Positions 33,969 through 49,319 of a stretch of 64,000 nucleotides of DNA are shown one piece after another (the first letter of the stretch is position 1; each line of letters opens with the position of its first letter). Both the position numbers and the translations under genes were made by a program. Origin of the DNA: Mytilus edulis (Eukaryota). The notes below the pieces were generated by a model. The model was given only the letters and a program-made list of their open reading frames with translations, had not been told where the DNA came from and made no database searches. The DNA lies in contig NC_092351.1 in NCBI RefSeq assembly GCF_963676685.1, positions 9,362,001-9,426,000 of the forward strand. Reading direction: 5' to 3'.

Positions 33969-36900
33969 AATTAAATAAGTTCTTTTCTGTCGAATAGTTT
34001 CAGAAAATTAAATTAAAAAAACAGAAACGAAAAATAAGTATGTAAATATAGTTCTGTTATAATAGAACCTTTGGTATTTCAAAACCGCACATATATGATC
34101 AACCTAGCTACGATTTTAAGACATTTTCTCCCCATTGTATGTGTATTATTATCACCCTTGGTTCGATCGACAGCTAAACAACAAGGATTGCCAACAAAAG
34201 ATACCGCGTGAATTTGTATGCCTATTCTTTTATTTTCATTTTGACAGACATCAGTTATTTACCAGCCACCGTCTAATGACATAGGTTACAATCAACAAGG
34301 TTAATATGTGAAACTGTTTGAGCTGGAAAATGTGAAGTAAATTTGTTCGGAACAGCCTTTTTGTCTCAGTTTCTAAAGGTATATCTAGGGAAGAACGAAT
34401 ACGTGAAAGTTTGTACAGCAATTATGAAACAGAGTAGTGTTACTGATACTCGACTATACACATTTTAAGAAGGTTCATTTTCGAAAGGTTTAAATGAGAA
34501 TAAATCTTTTTAGCTAAAATAATATGTTTTATTAACCAATTTATTGGCGCATATTTGTACTACCTTTTCTATTTAACTTTAACTTCATTTCTCTACGCTT
34601 TTGTATATTTTAGAGAAACTATTCATCAAAATGCTAGCTCTGTTAAATATTCGTTCAAACAATATTTATTTATTTTTTATTAAACAATATTAATAAATCA
34701 ATTGGTTTATATCAAAATAATACATTTTTTACTAAATCGACAATACAAGATAGATACTTCACTAATACAGGGACTTTCTATTTTCTTAGTATAGAAAAAG
34801 TAAAATCATAAAAATACTGAACTCAGAGGAAAATCTAATCGGAAAGTCCAAAATCACATTGCAAAATCAAATGACAAAACACATCAATAACGAATGAATA
34901 AGAACTGTCATATTCCTGACTTGGTACAGGCATTTTCAAATGTAGAAAAAAGATGATTAAACATGGTTTTATAGCGCTAAACCTCTCATTTATTTTGATA
35001 GTCTCTTCAAAGTCCCTCACTGATAAGTAATCTCATCAAGACCTCAATGTATCGAATATAAGGCTTAGTGGTATGTGCAAATGTTAAATACCTAATTATG
35101 TAATATATACAAGAATGTGCTTAGCAACACAATAATTAAAAACTAACATTAGTAATCCATGTTTCGTTGACCTCCAAGTTTTTATTGAATTCTTGTTTAA
35201 AATTAAACAAAAGATACATTTGCTGAACATCAATTTGTGTTGACTGCATCTGAAAAGGCATCTGGCTTTATTATAATGTTCTTATTATTCAAACCATGCC
35301 AACGTAGCTTCATATATCCTGATTAAACAAAAACAAATGTATGGTAGGAGTAAATTCAGTAAATACATATACGTCATCAGGGACCGCCCATTTGGGGGAG
35401 AGCTTTCTTTATAAAACTGAAGACATGTGCTCTTCTGATTGGTAGATAATGTTTGTAATAAATATTTTTTGGTAGATAGATCAAAACTAGAGTTGAAAAA
35501 ATAAAAGCTAAATGTATTAATTTTTCCCCTACAGGGTTGACAAGTAATAGGGGTCAGTACGAATCTAAATTGTTTGTAAACAAGGCCATGTGAATGCTCA
35601 AAATGCCGCATGACCCTATGCTTTTATTGTTGCAAAAGATAGGGCTACATTTGTGCTTTCATGGATGATATATGAAAGATTCTAATTTCTAAAGGTGAAT
35701 CAGGTATAGATTTATTTCCATACCTAGATTAGCATTAAAGTCAAAGGGAGATTTTTTTACTGAATTTACCCCTGTATCATAATTATCAGAGTTGTCTTTC
35801 CTTTGACGATCATAAAATGTTTTACCAAAACTGGCATTGAGGATAATTTCAAAATAGGTATCAGTTTTCTTAGTTTTTTTTTTAGAGTGGGCAGATTTTG
35901 GTATATAAATTACAGTACATTTTTCAAAAGCTAAAATACTTTTATACCAAAATAACTTCAAATACAAATAATAATGATTACTTGAGAAATTGTATCCTTC
36001 AAGATAATACAGAACATATGAGAATAGTTTTTAAGAACATACAGTAGACTAACAACAGAATTTTTTTCTAAAGTGTTCTCTTGTTAAAAAAAAGAATGAG
36101 AACAAAACAAGAACAAGCACTGGTATGTTTATTATAATGCATGGATTTCATGACATGATTATTTTGAGTAGTATATTCATTTTATGAAAACTTGTATTAT
36201 TGAAATAATTGACATGATCATGATATGATCAAGGACAAAGTATTACTATACTTACTATTAAAACCTGTTTTTATTTGCTGTAAACTTAGAAATTATTGCG
36301 ATTTAAAAAAATAAATATATCCGAAATACGAGATTAACTATTGCAATTTCAGGGAAATCTGAATACACAGATATATGTACCACATGAGAGTTCTTATAAC
36401 TGCGATACTCACCCAGTCGCATTATTTGCATTTTAAAAACATCTTGCCATAATTTCTGTAATAATTATATCGGGTTATTAATCCGATTAATCTATAATGT
36501 TATCTTTTTATTTATAGATATGCATTGATACTAATAAAACTATCCACAAAAGTCAGATTTAAGTAGATTTAAGAAATTATAGGTCATCATATGGCCTTAC
36601 AAAATGATCGTAACAATACCATTAATAAGATTTAATCAAAAAGCATTACATCAATTAATCAATTGAGAGTATTGTCTGCTAAACTAGAGGTAACTTTTTT
36701 TTAATTTTGACGGACTTATGCGTCTCTTGTCAACCTACATTTTTCATAAGCGGGTTTCCCGCTTTCATTAGGTATAAAATCGAATGCTTTTCCTGATTTG
36801 TTCCATTGCGTGATTTGAACTATGAAGGAACACAAAAACCCACCCTAGCCCATCCTTGAGAATATTTTTCTGCTGTTTTTTTTTTGTATATTTCAGATAT

Positions 36901-37335
36901 TATCAAAAGAAGCGTCATGGATTGGGCAGAATGTTACCTGAATACATAGTTTACCTGAAGGGCTGAATTTATCACAGTTGACGTCTGGTAGCCCAGTCGC
37001 TAGTTGGAGAAAACATATGATGGTTGCCCTTCAATGATTTTATCTTGGACATTAATGACAAATTGTCGATGAATGCAAATTCGTTGGCCGGTTGATACAT
37101 AGTTGAACTGGCCTAATAAATCCATGACAAAAAATTGTCAAAATTCACACTTACTATTTGTCGTTTTTTTATGATCATATATTAGTTTGTCTTACAATTT
37201 GTTTACATTTGTATAACAAGGTAGTCTGGAGGCGTCGGAAATATTACGAGGGATTTCAACAAATTTGGGTTATCTTTTATCTGGTATATCGTATTCCTAA
37301 ATTGACTTCTGTTGGTTTCTTTCGAATATTTAATC

Positions 37336-37543
37336 AGTGAATATATGCATTAGCTTAAGGGTCACCATATGGCCTTCAAAAATGATCGTAACCAATACCA
37401 TTTAGTGAATATATGCATTATATTAAGGGTCGCCACACGGCCTTCAACAATGATCTTAACCAATACCATTAAGTGAATATATGCATTAGCTTAAGGGTCA
37501 CCATATGCCCTTCAACAATGATCGTTACCAATACCATTAAGTG
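37336..37543. repeat. 68-bp tandem repeat, 3 units (paralog of 7253-7390)
   Basis: Units start at 37336, 37404 and 37472. Confidence 0.85.
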
Positions 37544-40500
37544 CACACATGCATAATGATTGTGACAAGTATGTGTTTATTATTTTGTTGTATACCTATC
37601 AATGCAAATATTGTCTGTAAATGAACAAAAGAGACAAAACAATATTGAAACGGTATAAAATATAAAGAAAAAATTGCTAAGTAACTGTTGTAATTATATA
37701 TTGAGAAAATCAATCTTTATCACGCCTAGTTCCCACGGTCATATGATAGTATACTAATGTACAGAATTCAGTCAAGATGTACAGAAAACAATATGGAGGA
37801 AGAAATTAGCATTTCAAATACGATACAACTCATAAAGATATCTTTAATACAATTACATCTAAAGTATATAAACTGAGAACTTTATTGATATAACTGTAAC
37901 TTGTTTCCGTAACAAACACTTGTCATAGTCACCTTAATGCTCAATTGTTCCTCTCTTGTTAATTGGTTGGTTTTAGCTTATGGGTTTTATCACGTCTTTG
38001 GTGCCCTGTCTTTATACTCTCATTATGCGTCGTAATACATGACGTGCAAATCCAGAAGTAACATAGAACTAGGGAACTCTCGTCTACAGTTACAAGATTA
38101 AGCAATCTATATCAAATTGTACATTTATGTCCATAATAAAAGATATTTGGTCAACTTTATCAATTTGACATTACAGCGGTATTCTTGATAATCGCCTGTC
38201 CCGAATGAAAAGCCCTTAATTCATTGGTTGTCCTTTATTGCTTTGTTACATATTTGTATTTCGGTCCTTGCTTGTACATTATTTAGACCGTTAGTTTTCT
38301 ATATTGAATTGTTTTACAATTGTGAATTTGGGTCCTGTCAAAGCTGACTATGCGGTATGGGCTTTGCTCATAATTATTGACGGCCGTACGGTGAACTATC
38401 ATGGCTATTATTTTTTTTTTATATTAATCGATACTAACATTTTTATCAATTTGAGATAATTTCATGACTTACTTAACATGTATTATTATCTAGTTATTAA
38501 TATGAGTAGTCTGTTATCCCATCAATCCCGATATGTTTGCATTGTACAAGTTCGTGGATATCTGTTTGCGTTGACAAGATGTAGACACTTATAGTTGATT
38601 CGTTAGGTGACATTTTGAAACAAACCAGTCTTTCAGCAATGACAAGTACTTTTAGATACGAAGTTTTTGTTCATGTGTTTATCAGAGTTTTTCTGCTTGA
38701 GTGGAAACCTCTTCAAATGAATTTTTCAGTTTCTTTTTGTTTGTTTTTTTAATTTTCTTGTGCTGCTTGGTTGGATAAAGCTACTGCTAATGACATGGTT
38801 TATTGATAATATACATTTCTTTGTTTAGTTAATAAAAGAAAATATTAAGAAACTTGGTTTCCAAGTCCCTCGAGCAAATATGACTTTGGATGGTTTTTTT
38901 TACTCTTCTCTTTATTTCCCTTTTTGACCACAACTGCAACAAAAGTATCTATTGACCTATAGCTTTCAATATACATTTCCTTTTAGGAGCATTCCTGATT
39001 ATGGTAAATCAAGAAAAAGCGTTTATGTGAGCACCAATAGTATAAAGTGTTCCTGTTGTGCTGTTATCCCACTCTATGAGGAGAACTGGAGGGTTAAACG
39101 CTTACAAAAAGGTCTAACCTCGGAACAATCAGTATATGTCTAAATCACTCTTGAGATCAAGTGGATGTTGTTGGTTGCCGTCTGCTATATTAAATATGTT
39201 TGTTATCCGCTTTATCATAAAAGAAGCTCTTACTTTTCTGTTTCGACTTAAGCCACGTTTTTTTCAATACCTGATTGCAGGTTTTGCTGATCATTGTAAA
39301 ACGGTGTAATATTGTTTGCACATGCTTGTACGTTTATATTTGATTGCTACTTTCTTACCTTTGTTTTTATTCATGCAAAATTAGATGGACTGAAAATCAA
39401 AGTAAAAATTGCAATGAAATGAATAGTTGAAAAAGAATTAAATAGTGTTTGAGTTTGCCTTCATTGAACTAATATATTATTTTCTAAAATTAGAATAAAA
39501 AGCATTAGTCACGTTTGATAGAAAGTGATAAATTCGCCAGTAAAATGTGAACAAGAAACAAAACACAGTGTGACATGACACCATATTTATATTAGTATAC
39601 ATGATAAAGAGGAAATAGTAGACGATATCTGACATTTTATAACGTTTTCCCTCTAGAAAATAGTTTTATGTTTTGGTAATAAGATATTTATGTGTATTCT
39701 TACTGCCATTAACCCCTATCCAGGTATATTAAATATGACACATAGGTTTATCTTCAACAAAATATTTGGTTCTATACGAAATGGTTGAAGGTTGTATCGA
39801 TAAGGTTATCAATGTATCGAATACGAGTGTACATTCAAAGTACATGTATTACAGCGGTTACTCACTGTACCGGACAGAGGTGATATTTTAGCTGCTATTG
39901 TCAGATGACCATAAAGACATCGATGTTTTATTTAAAATTGGTACAACTAAATTAATAACAAAATCATAACTAAGCTCTTTATAGAGCTTGAAACTGACAC
40001 ACAACATTAGTATAACAGTCATATGTGATTTGTAGGAGCCGGTACAGATTTTGATTTAACTGGTAAATCAAAAGGCTTATATAGAAATAAAAATAATGAT
40101 GTAGTGTGATTACAAATGGTACATATGTCCACCTAATACCACAAGACGAAGAAGTTAGTAACTATAGGTCAACATTTGGTCAGAAATTAACATGATCAGA
40201 ACCATAATGCATAGAAGCCATAAAAGCACAGTCTTGGAAAATATATAAAACAAATCAAACGAGAAAAATTAAGGCTTGATTCATATGAAATAAATCCAAC
40301 GTAAAACAGAATCAAGCAACAAATTACTGCGCTTAAGGTTTCTGACTTGTGACAGCGAGGATAAACATATATGGGCACACCCTAGCCTACCCTTAACTTG
40401 GGACAGGGTTGTTACAACCAAATTCTAAATACGTTAGAGATTTATTAAAGATTACAAACTGAAAAAGAGATCTTATAAGAAAAAAATAACACTTTATTTT

Positions 40501-43500
40501 ATTGCATGAAAGTTATTTTGATTGCTACAGATAATCAATAATATCTTTTACATCAGATAATCTTTAGTTGTGTTTCTCTTGTAATAAAGTACTTTCGTAT
40601 CGCTTATCAATTTACAAATTTTTAATGTAACAGTTAGAAGAATCCTCATTATCTTCAAAATAGTGGTCTTATCTAAAATGTCATAGACATAAAATGCTTG
40701 ACTGTAGTTTATTGCCGAATTGGCAAAAGTAAATCATTACAATAAAATATTTAAAATGTAAAACATCGCAATGTATGTTTAATTTATGTGAAAAAAATCA
40801 TGCCAACAATATAATTCAAATTTATCAGGCTGAGCATAATATATTATATGTTTTCTACAATGATTTATGAAACAACAAACAGTAGTTTCTCCTAATTTAT
40901 AGATATGATGAAGCTACATGATTCCAGCCATATTGATTGTTAAAACAAACAGCACTAGGTTCTCCTTGTTTATACATACGGTGTAAGTTACAAGATTCAA
41001 GCCAGAATGATTTTAAAACAACCAACAATAGGTTTTCCTGGTTTATAGATATGGCGAAAACTACAACAACAAGCAGTAGGTTTTCCTGATTTAGAAATAT
41101 GGTGAAAGCTACAATGTTCCAGACACAATGATTGTTAAAACAAATAACAGTAGTTTCTCCTGGTTTATAGATATGGCGAACACCACAAGATTATAGCCAC
41201 AAACCAAAGATGAGGACGCTATAGAGTTTTTACCAAGTACCTTTGACTATTTTCAAAATTAAGAAACTTTCCACTCGTGTCATATCTTCCTCGTATAATA
41301 ACAACTATTGAATCCATACACCATTTTATAAATCATGATACTTAAAGAACCCAAACTTGGCATCGCAACATTTTACACTTAAATTAACAAAACCATACAT
41401 TGTTAAAAATACACAGCCATGAAATAATTTTACATGGCCTTTATGCTGTTGCAAATCACAATAGTGTGATTTTAAATAACAGTCTTAAAAATCCCCAGAT
41501 CTAACTTGGCCACTGAATGATGAGCAAATTTCAACAAATAACCAATCAATCAATCATTCCGATCTATCGGAACAATTCTAAGCAAGCACGGGTTGCATCA
41601 ACACTTCATTTAACGAACCCAATAAACTCACAAAATGAAGTTAGTAATATTGTATTGACACTAAAAAGTCAAAAAATAACTTTGATGATTTGAACAAATT
41701 GCGAGGGATGCATACAAATATATCATTAAGGGTGATGATCATAACAGGACACAAACATGAAAGAATGAAAACATACACTTAAGAACTTTTAAATCAGGTT
41801 GTTAAAAATACATAAATTATAGATTAAACATAATTATTTCATGCTTTTCATGCGCCTTGGACAAATTAACAATTGGTGTAATTTTTATAACCGACAGTCG
41901 TTGTGCTTCTTTAAAACTCTGTCCGTTTTCCTCTATAGTTAAATTAAGACAATTAACTTCATATTTATCACACTACATTATTTGTGGTATACTTTTATTA
42001 GAGGTGAAATTACATTTTTTCCTTCTATTTGGTGAAAAGCCGTGTATATAAATATATAAATAAGAAGAAAATGTTTTATTTTCCATCAAATAAACGAGGT
42101 TAACAGATGGGGTAAAAAGTAAGACAACTAAATTATCAAACGCGAAGGAAAATTCTAAACAGAAAGTCTCTAGGCAAATGCCAATGACAAAATCAAAAGC
42201 TAAAAACAAAAAACAAATGAAACGAATGGACAACAACTGTCATATTCCTGACTTGATACAGGCATATTATTTAGTAAAATGATGGATATAAACTTGTTTT
42301 ATAGCTAGCAAAACCTCGCACTTGTATGACAGTCGCCAAATTTTTTTATATGGAGTGTGGAAACAGAAACACAAATAAGTGTAGTTTATTTTCTTATGAA
42401 TACACATATTAGCTTTCAAGCTGTTCACAATTTACAACATACAAACAACTTGCTAACGGTTTATATTGATAAATAAAAGAATAATAGTCTTTTTTACAAA
42501 CGGAAGAATCAAATAAGCGAATGAAAGATCGAATCGTTTTAAAACAGCGCAAAAGTCATACGCCCGTTTTTGTCATTTCAAAGTTATATAATAATTTACA
42601 CTGAATTTTGACGAAAGTCACATTTTCACTTAAAGCATGTACATGTACTTCGAGTTCAAAAGTCAATCAACATTGACTATCAAACAGTACAATAACAATT
42701 AAAATTGTAACTATATAAGGTACAGGTAAGGAGATACTATCAATAAATAAATAATCTCATATTTCCACCCGTTAATGAATTATTTGTTGATGCTATTTGT
42801 CTTCTTTGAACGGTGCTTGAGGTTAAATATTCAAGCTTATATTATTATTACTTGATTTCATTAAATAATCATACTTTCAGAATATGACCAACATCGGGCA
42901 TATATTTAGGAAATATAGTGTGTAACGATTCTTTTGGGACACTTATAAATATAAGACTAATATCTGAAGCAGTCATTTACAACATTAATCGCCCAAGTGA
43001 ATTAAATTTGTTAAATAAACTTTTTATGTGGAGCTGTGGGTTGAACAAATATTTAACCCAAAATACCAGTACATGTTTGTCCATGTAGTTGGACACACCA
43101 AGCATGGTTATTTTGTCGGTGGCCTAACGAGGCATATTGATTTACAACATGCGCATTTCTTTAAATTGAGATTACTGAAAGAGCTGTTATAAATTTATAA
43201 CATATATTGCATAATATTAAAACTGAAACGAGGTCCTATTTCAGACAAAATGACACAAGTCATTTTATATCTTATATAATACAATATTAACGGTTTAAAT
43301 TCTTTAATATGTTTTTATTTTTTTCATAAAAAGCAATTATTGACTTTTAATAACATTTTAAATAACATCTTCAAATAATATTCAATTACATTTAGTATAT
43401 CAGATGTCTTGAAAGGCTTTTTAATTTGACCATTTGGTTCTGCAAGCATACTTCATGTGAATCATACGAACAGGTAATAATAGAATCACGCATTCAGCTG

Positions 43501-45264
43501 ACATAAAGGAGTTTATCTCGGCTAACGTCAACCTCTAAAAAGTAAAATCACAAAACTACTGAACTTCAAGGAAAATTTAAAACGGAAAATCTCTAATCAA
43601 ATGGCAAAATTAAAAGCTCAAACGCATAAAACGAATGGATAACAACTGTCATATTCCTGACTTGGTACAGGCATTTTCTTATGAAGAAAATGGTGGATTG
43701 AATCTGGTTTTATAGCTAGCTAAACCTCTCACTTGTATAATAAATAAACTCATCATAGATACCAGGACTAAATTTTTTATATACGCCAGACGTATGACAG
43801 TCGCAACAAATTCCATGATATTGACAACGATGCGTGAACAAAACAAATAAATATGACAAGAATACAGCGGTCAACATGTGTTATAATTTTAATCACTTAA
43901 AAAAACTCCCAAAAAAACCAACATACACATATTTAGCAAAATAATATTTGGACGTTGTAATATGATCATAATTTATGAAGATGGGGTTTGTTTGCCAATG
44001 AGACAACGATCAACCAAAGTGCAAATGAATTGAATGTTAGCAACTATAATCAACCGCACGGCCTTCAACAATGAAAAAACCCATACCGTATAGTCGGCTA
44101 TAATAGACGCTGATATAAAATAATATGACACATTAACAATTCGATAGTGAAAACTAACGACCTACATGTTATTTTGAAATAATTTACAAAAAATAAATAT
44201 GAATCAAGGACAACCATTGAACTACACGCTCCTTACTTGAGACAAGCACATAAATAATGTGACTGTAAGCTCTCAATCCTCCCCTAGCTAATTGTGTCTT
44301 TTGATGGAGCATTGCCTTTAATTAATTGTCGTAGGATAGTTTATTGGTTCATACTGGTATAAATATACTGAAATCAGCACTTGAAAAGGAAATTTGAAGA
44401 TCCTGATTTGATTTTTCAACGAGTAGATAATGGAGATTACATAGATAATGTCCAGGCAATCGTAGTTCTTGAGTAAAATTGATATCATTTTGTTTTATCA
44501 TGTGGTTTCATACGGAGGCCGTTTATTGTCAGGATGAGGTTTTATTTTAAAGTCGTTATAGAGACTTACCTAATTAATTATAACGAATTCAAGTTACCCT
44601 CGTTGGTGTATTTGCTTGAAAAATTTCGTGTTGATTATATTAACACTTATCTCCACCCTAAGCGCAACAAAATGTGACAGTTTTTGTTTGATTCAGTGCT
44701 ACCCGGAACGAATATAAACAGTATAGTATTTCTTTTGATGCGGTAATAAATAAGCAATTGACACCTATCATGATAAATCTTAGTAATAAACTTTTTATAA
44801 ATTCTTTATACTTTTATGGTATTAAAAAAGTCTTCACACATAACAAACTTGAAAACAAACACTGAATTTACAAGGTAAAAAAAACTGTACATTTTCTAAT
44901 AGGAAAGTAAGGATATACACTGTATTAACACCCTTTGAAGTTGTCGTTTATCTTACTGGAACGGTTTCAAACACAACATTAAACCTGTTTTACTTATCTA
45001 TGTCATTATCATTTCTTCTAATAAAATTATATTTTTTTAAACATCCTATCAAAAGAATGAAGTGGCTGCAGATTTCAAGTGAATTGGTGCCCGTATGTTC
45101 GTTTGTTCGGCCATTCGTTGTATACATTATCTGTCCTCTCTTTTATGTGTTCATGGCATTGAATGGTATTTGTAATCTCCTGACCTAAGTTGTGTTTACT
45201 GGGTGAGCAATAGCTATAATTAATGGGAATAGAATGGAAATTGAAATTGAGAATGGAAATGGGG

Positions 45265-45424
45265 CGGAGGCGGATGTAGGGGGGCGGAGGCAGGGAGCCC
45301 GCCCCCCCCCTTTCTGGGAAAAATTTGGTTGCTTATATAGAAAATCACTGAAGCATGACCTGAGCGGGCCCCTCTTAGGCAGTCAACGTGCCCCCACTTA
45401 TGAAAATTTCTGGATCCACCAATG
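45265..45424. mobile_element. 160-bp GC-rich MITE, copy 2 only
   Basis: Imperfect TIRs cggaggcggatgtag ... ctggatccaccaatg, flanked by a duplicated TGGGG. Empty site at ~18522 (atggggagtgtgtc). Confidence 0.7.
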
Positions 45425-46463
45425 TGGGGAATGTGTCAAAGGGACAACAACCCGACTAAAAAGTAGAAAACAGCCCAAGGAAATCAATGGTTCTTCAGCA
45501 CAACTGGAAATGCCGCATCCAGAGACAGCACATGTTAAGTCGGTCAATTATTTAACTAAAACCGAATGCATTTTAAGATTTATCAACATTATGCTATTGA
45601 TTTCGTTTGACGTAAGACGTTTCTTTGAGATGTTTCAACTAATTATATCTCGATATAAACTAGTCAACATAAGAAATAGTGTCTTTTTGGAGATATTCGA
45701 TCTACCCAATCTGATAAATAAGTAAAATTACAAAGAAAAAAAGAACTCCAAGGAAAATTAAAAACTGAAATTCTCTCATGAAATGACAAAAATCAAAAGC
45801 TCACGCACATCAAAGAAAAAAAGATGTATTTGTTTGGCTGTGTTGTGTATATTAATAAAGACTCAGCAATGTCCGCTACGAAAAAGTAAAACCCCGAGTA
45901 AAATTCAAAACGGAAAATCTACAATTAAATGGTAAAAACAAAAGGTTAAACAGATGAAACGAATGGATAACATCTGTCATATTTCTGACTTGGTACAGGC
46001 ATTTTCTCCTGTAGGAACCTGGTTTTATATCTAGCTAAACCTCTCACTGGTAGGATAGTCGCATCCAATTCGGAATTGGGATCCGAAGACAAATCAACTT
46101 TCTCCTGCAATGAGAGTTTCACAACTTAACTTTACGACAATGTATATGTTTATGGATGGCCTGATACAAAGAAAAATTGTTCGCCTTTTCCAACATTTCA
46201 TCAACTTTTCGGGGCTCGTCTTGTTCCATTGAAATCGACCAATTATGAAAAAACAACCTTTTTGGTGTCATTTTTGTTATTTGTTTTCTCATTCTGGATA
46301 TGAATGAAAATACTTTCAACTGGACGTTATCTGAATAATAATCAATTAATCGCGATAAATATAATTGAGGCTTCTGTGATCAATATACATGTACATGTAA
46401 CATAAAATTGTTATCGATGTATGGCATGAACGGCCAATAGGGCCTTCTAATTTTTAAAAAATA

Positions 46464-47207
46464 CTAGAACACACCCGTGATATCACAGATCTGTGACTGA
46501 ATTAAAGTATACAACTATGCGCAAGCCTTATTTTAGTATTAGTATTGTCATCTGATAAAATCATGTCAATTATAAGATACACAGTTTTTTCTCTGCTTTC
46601 AAGTCTTTCTGTTTGAACCCGTTGAACTGGAACTTATCAGTTATTGGTAATATTAATTATTTTGAAAACATAAGGTCCTGGAATGGAGTATTTTTTAATC
46701 AACAGCATTGTCCTATATAAGTTATAAATAAAGTTGAATTCTTTGCTTTGCTGTTTTACGTCATCCCCACTAACAAATTGAAAACTGTACCTATACGCCT
46801 TATTTTTAGTCCCGATTTTTAGTATTCGTATTGTTATCTTAGAAAGTCTTACTGAATAAAATACTACAATAGGTAACAATTTGACAATTTAGTAGTGTCA
46901 ACCCTGTGGTTATGACCCGTGTATATGGCATATTAGTCCTGAATACAACGTTTGGTGGTGCGCCTGTCAGATGCGGAACGTACAGATAAGGTAATAGGTA
47001 ACAGGTGAATATACTATTGGTATCGGACTCGACCCGGAACTTCTAAATTATTGGCAATATTAATTACGTGGAAAACAAAAGGGCCTGGAGTGGTGTAATT
47101 TTTAATCTACACCTTTGTACTATATTATATAAAGTTGAATTCTGAGATTCGTCGTTTTAACGTGATGACGGCTGACAAATTGGACCTCGTAATTTTAGTA
47201 TTATAGA
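46464..47207 (-). mobile_element. Non-autonomous Helitron, copy A
   Basis: Minus strand starts TCTATAATAC and ends with a degraded hairpin plus CTAG. Inserted between A and T with no TSD; exact empty site aaaata|tacagaac at 19729 in copy 1. Confidence 0.9.
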
Positions 47208-48169
47208 TACAGAACAACTTCCAAATCATTAGTTAATTAATAAATAATTGTGTTTTCCCCTTTAGTAAGTATGTACATGCAGCCGACTTTAGATTTTTTC
47301 ATGTTTGTGACATACAGTGTATAATACAAAAAAAACCCGCAAAGTGTTAAAAAAGATTTGAGTTCAGACATACATGTAATGATTATTCATTGTAGTGCAT
47401 ATGCATCTTTTCTATGGAAATATCTTGAATTCTTCCTCGGTTTATCTTATTGTCAGTGTCCAGAGCTAAATTTAAACATTTGTATCGATTGCTATAATAT
47501 AAATCTCACATCGCACAACTGTTTCTCCTTTTTTTGAAAGATATAATTCGTGCTAGTATCGTCCTTGGGGATTTAGACAATAAATTATAAATTTGAAATA
47601 ACTTTTTTACTTTCGTGTATAACCTCGATTCTTTAGCGTACGACAGAGTACATCTCATATGTACATAACGGGCAAATGTGAATTGAAAAAAGTGACTATA
47701 AATATCATATTTCTAGTTTAAAAACATATATTCGTGATATATTGTGAATTTTTAGATAAAAAGGAACGTTATAAAATGTCAAAATATCAGCTTTTATTAC
47801 CCTTTCAAAAATTGTAAAAGGCTTGGTGGGCTACATACTCAGGTGTTCAGGAGATATAGTATTCCTTCTTTATATCACAAATTATAATATGATCTTCGTC
47901 AGCTTTGTGACTGTTCGATGTCGTGACCTACACACATTTAAATATAAAAGACTTTAAAAAAAGATATAACCATCGCAATAAATCTATTGATTGATTGATT
48001 ATTGATATTTAACGCACATTAAAGCACTCTCAGTTTGAATTGTTGGGGAAAAACGAAGTACTCTGAGAGAACAAATGACAATCGACAGGAACACTTGCAA
48101 TCATATAGTCAATTGAAATAAGAATCGAACACATAAATTCAGAGTTAGCAGGCTAGTTTATATATTTTA

Positions 48170-49319
48170 CAGTGAATATGTATAATCAGGGATTATGTAG
48201 AATCCCTGATTTTTCAGGGAATATGTAGAATCACTAAAAGCATTAGTAATTATATATAATCCCTGAAAATTACCAGTGATTTAACATAATCACTGAACAT
48301 TTTAATAATTATTCTACAAATTCCCTAATATGATAACAGGGCTTATCAATAATTTAAGGATCCTTTGTTTGCTAATAAAAATTAATATAGACACATTATC
48401 CTTTTAATCTTTCATATTCCTTGCCAAATGAAATAATTTAGCTTTTAAACACAGAGGATGATCTTAAAGATATAACCAACACTGGGTTTCGAGATAAAGT
48501 TGAAGATTTCAAAATTAATAATATCAACATTCCCTTAATAGCAATAACTTTACTTGTATTGGTCGTTTGTATAAAGCTAATATCAAATGGATATTCATGT
48601 TCTATTTGTAAATTCACAGAGCATGTTATTTGTTGTACATGTAAAACAAAGGGAGAAGAAGATTATGAAACATCGGTTTTGTGTTTTTTTGTTTGTTCCG
48701 ATGAACAAGAAATTCAACCTGAGAGAACTTACCAATATAAATGTTTAGAAAAACAGGCAGAACTAAGAAGATTGCATTTGGTGTAATATACTCATTATAA
48801 TTCAACTGGATAAAAAAGGAAAGGAAAAAAAAAACAAACATACATACATGCAATGGCAATTGTTCACAAAAAATATCGCCTGGCAATTTCGAGGTTTCTA
48901 ATTCCCTTTTTGGGGAATTTTTAGATTTCTAAACACTTTATTTCTCTCACGCGTGTCGTAAAATCTGATTTGATATGTGAAGGATTTATTTTTTTGAATG
49001 TAGGTATTTTGTTTTAAAAATAGATGTGAAGCATGTTATTTTAATATATTGTGTTGAACATTTTAATATATTGTGTTGAACATTTTAATATATTGTGCTT
49101 AACATTTTAAAAAATTGAGGTTATCCTTTTGATATATTGTGCTTAACATTTACAATTTATGTTTATAAAGATGTTTTAATATGATTTGATAGAATAAATC
49201 ATTTGACTTTAATCAATTTTCTTTGTAAAGAAAACATTTTCTTCCTTTCAGCTATTATGTATAATCCCTGACGTTTTTTTCAGGGATTCTACATAATGAC
49301 TGATTATACAAATTCACTG
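48170..49319. mobile_element. Non-autonomous TIR element with TA TSD (Tc1/mariner-like termini), copy 2 only
   Basis: TA|CAGTGAATATGTATAATCAG...CTGATTATACAAATTCACTG|TA, with repeated subterminal gattatgtagaatccctga motifs and an internal ~22-bp tandem at ~49040-49150. Absent at ~20697. Confidence 0.85.

Noticed and set aside
45234-45725. 163-aa ORF (and the related 18508-18897 ORF)
   Set aside because: Chimeric frames made from a dispersed repeat plus an inserted element; the two copies have different N- or C-termini.
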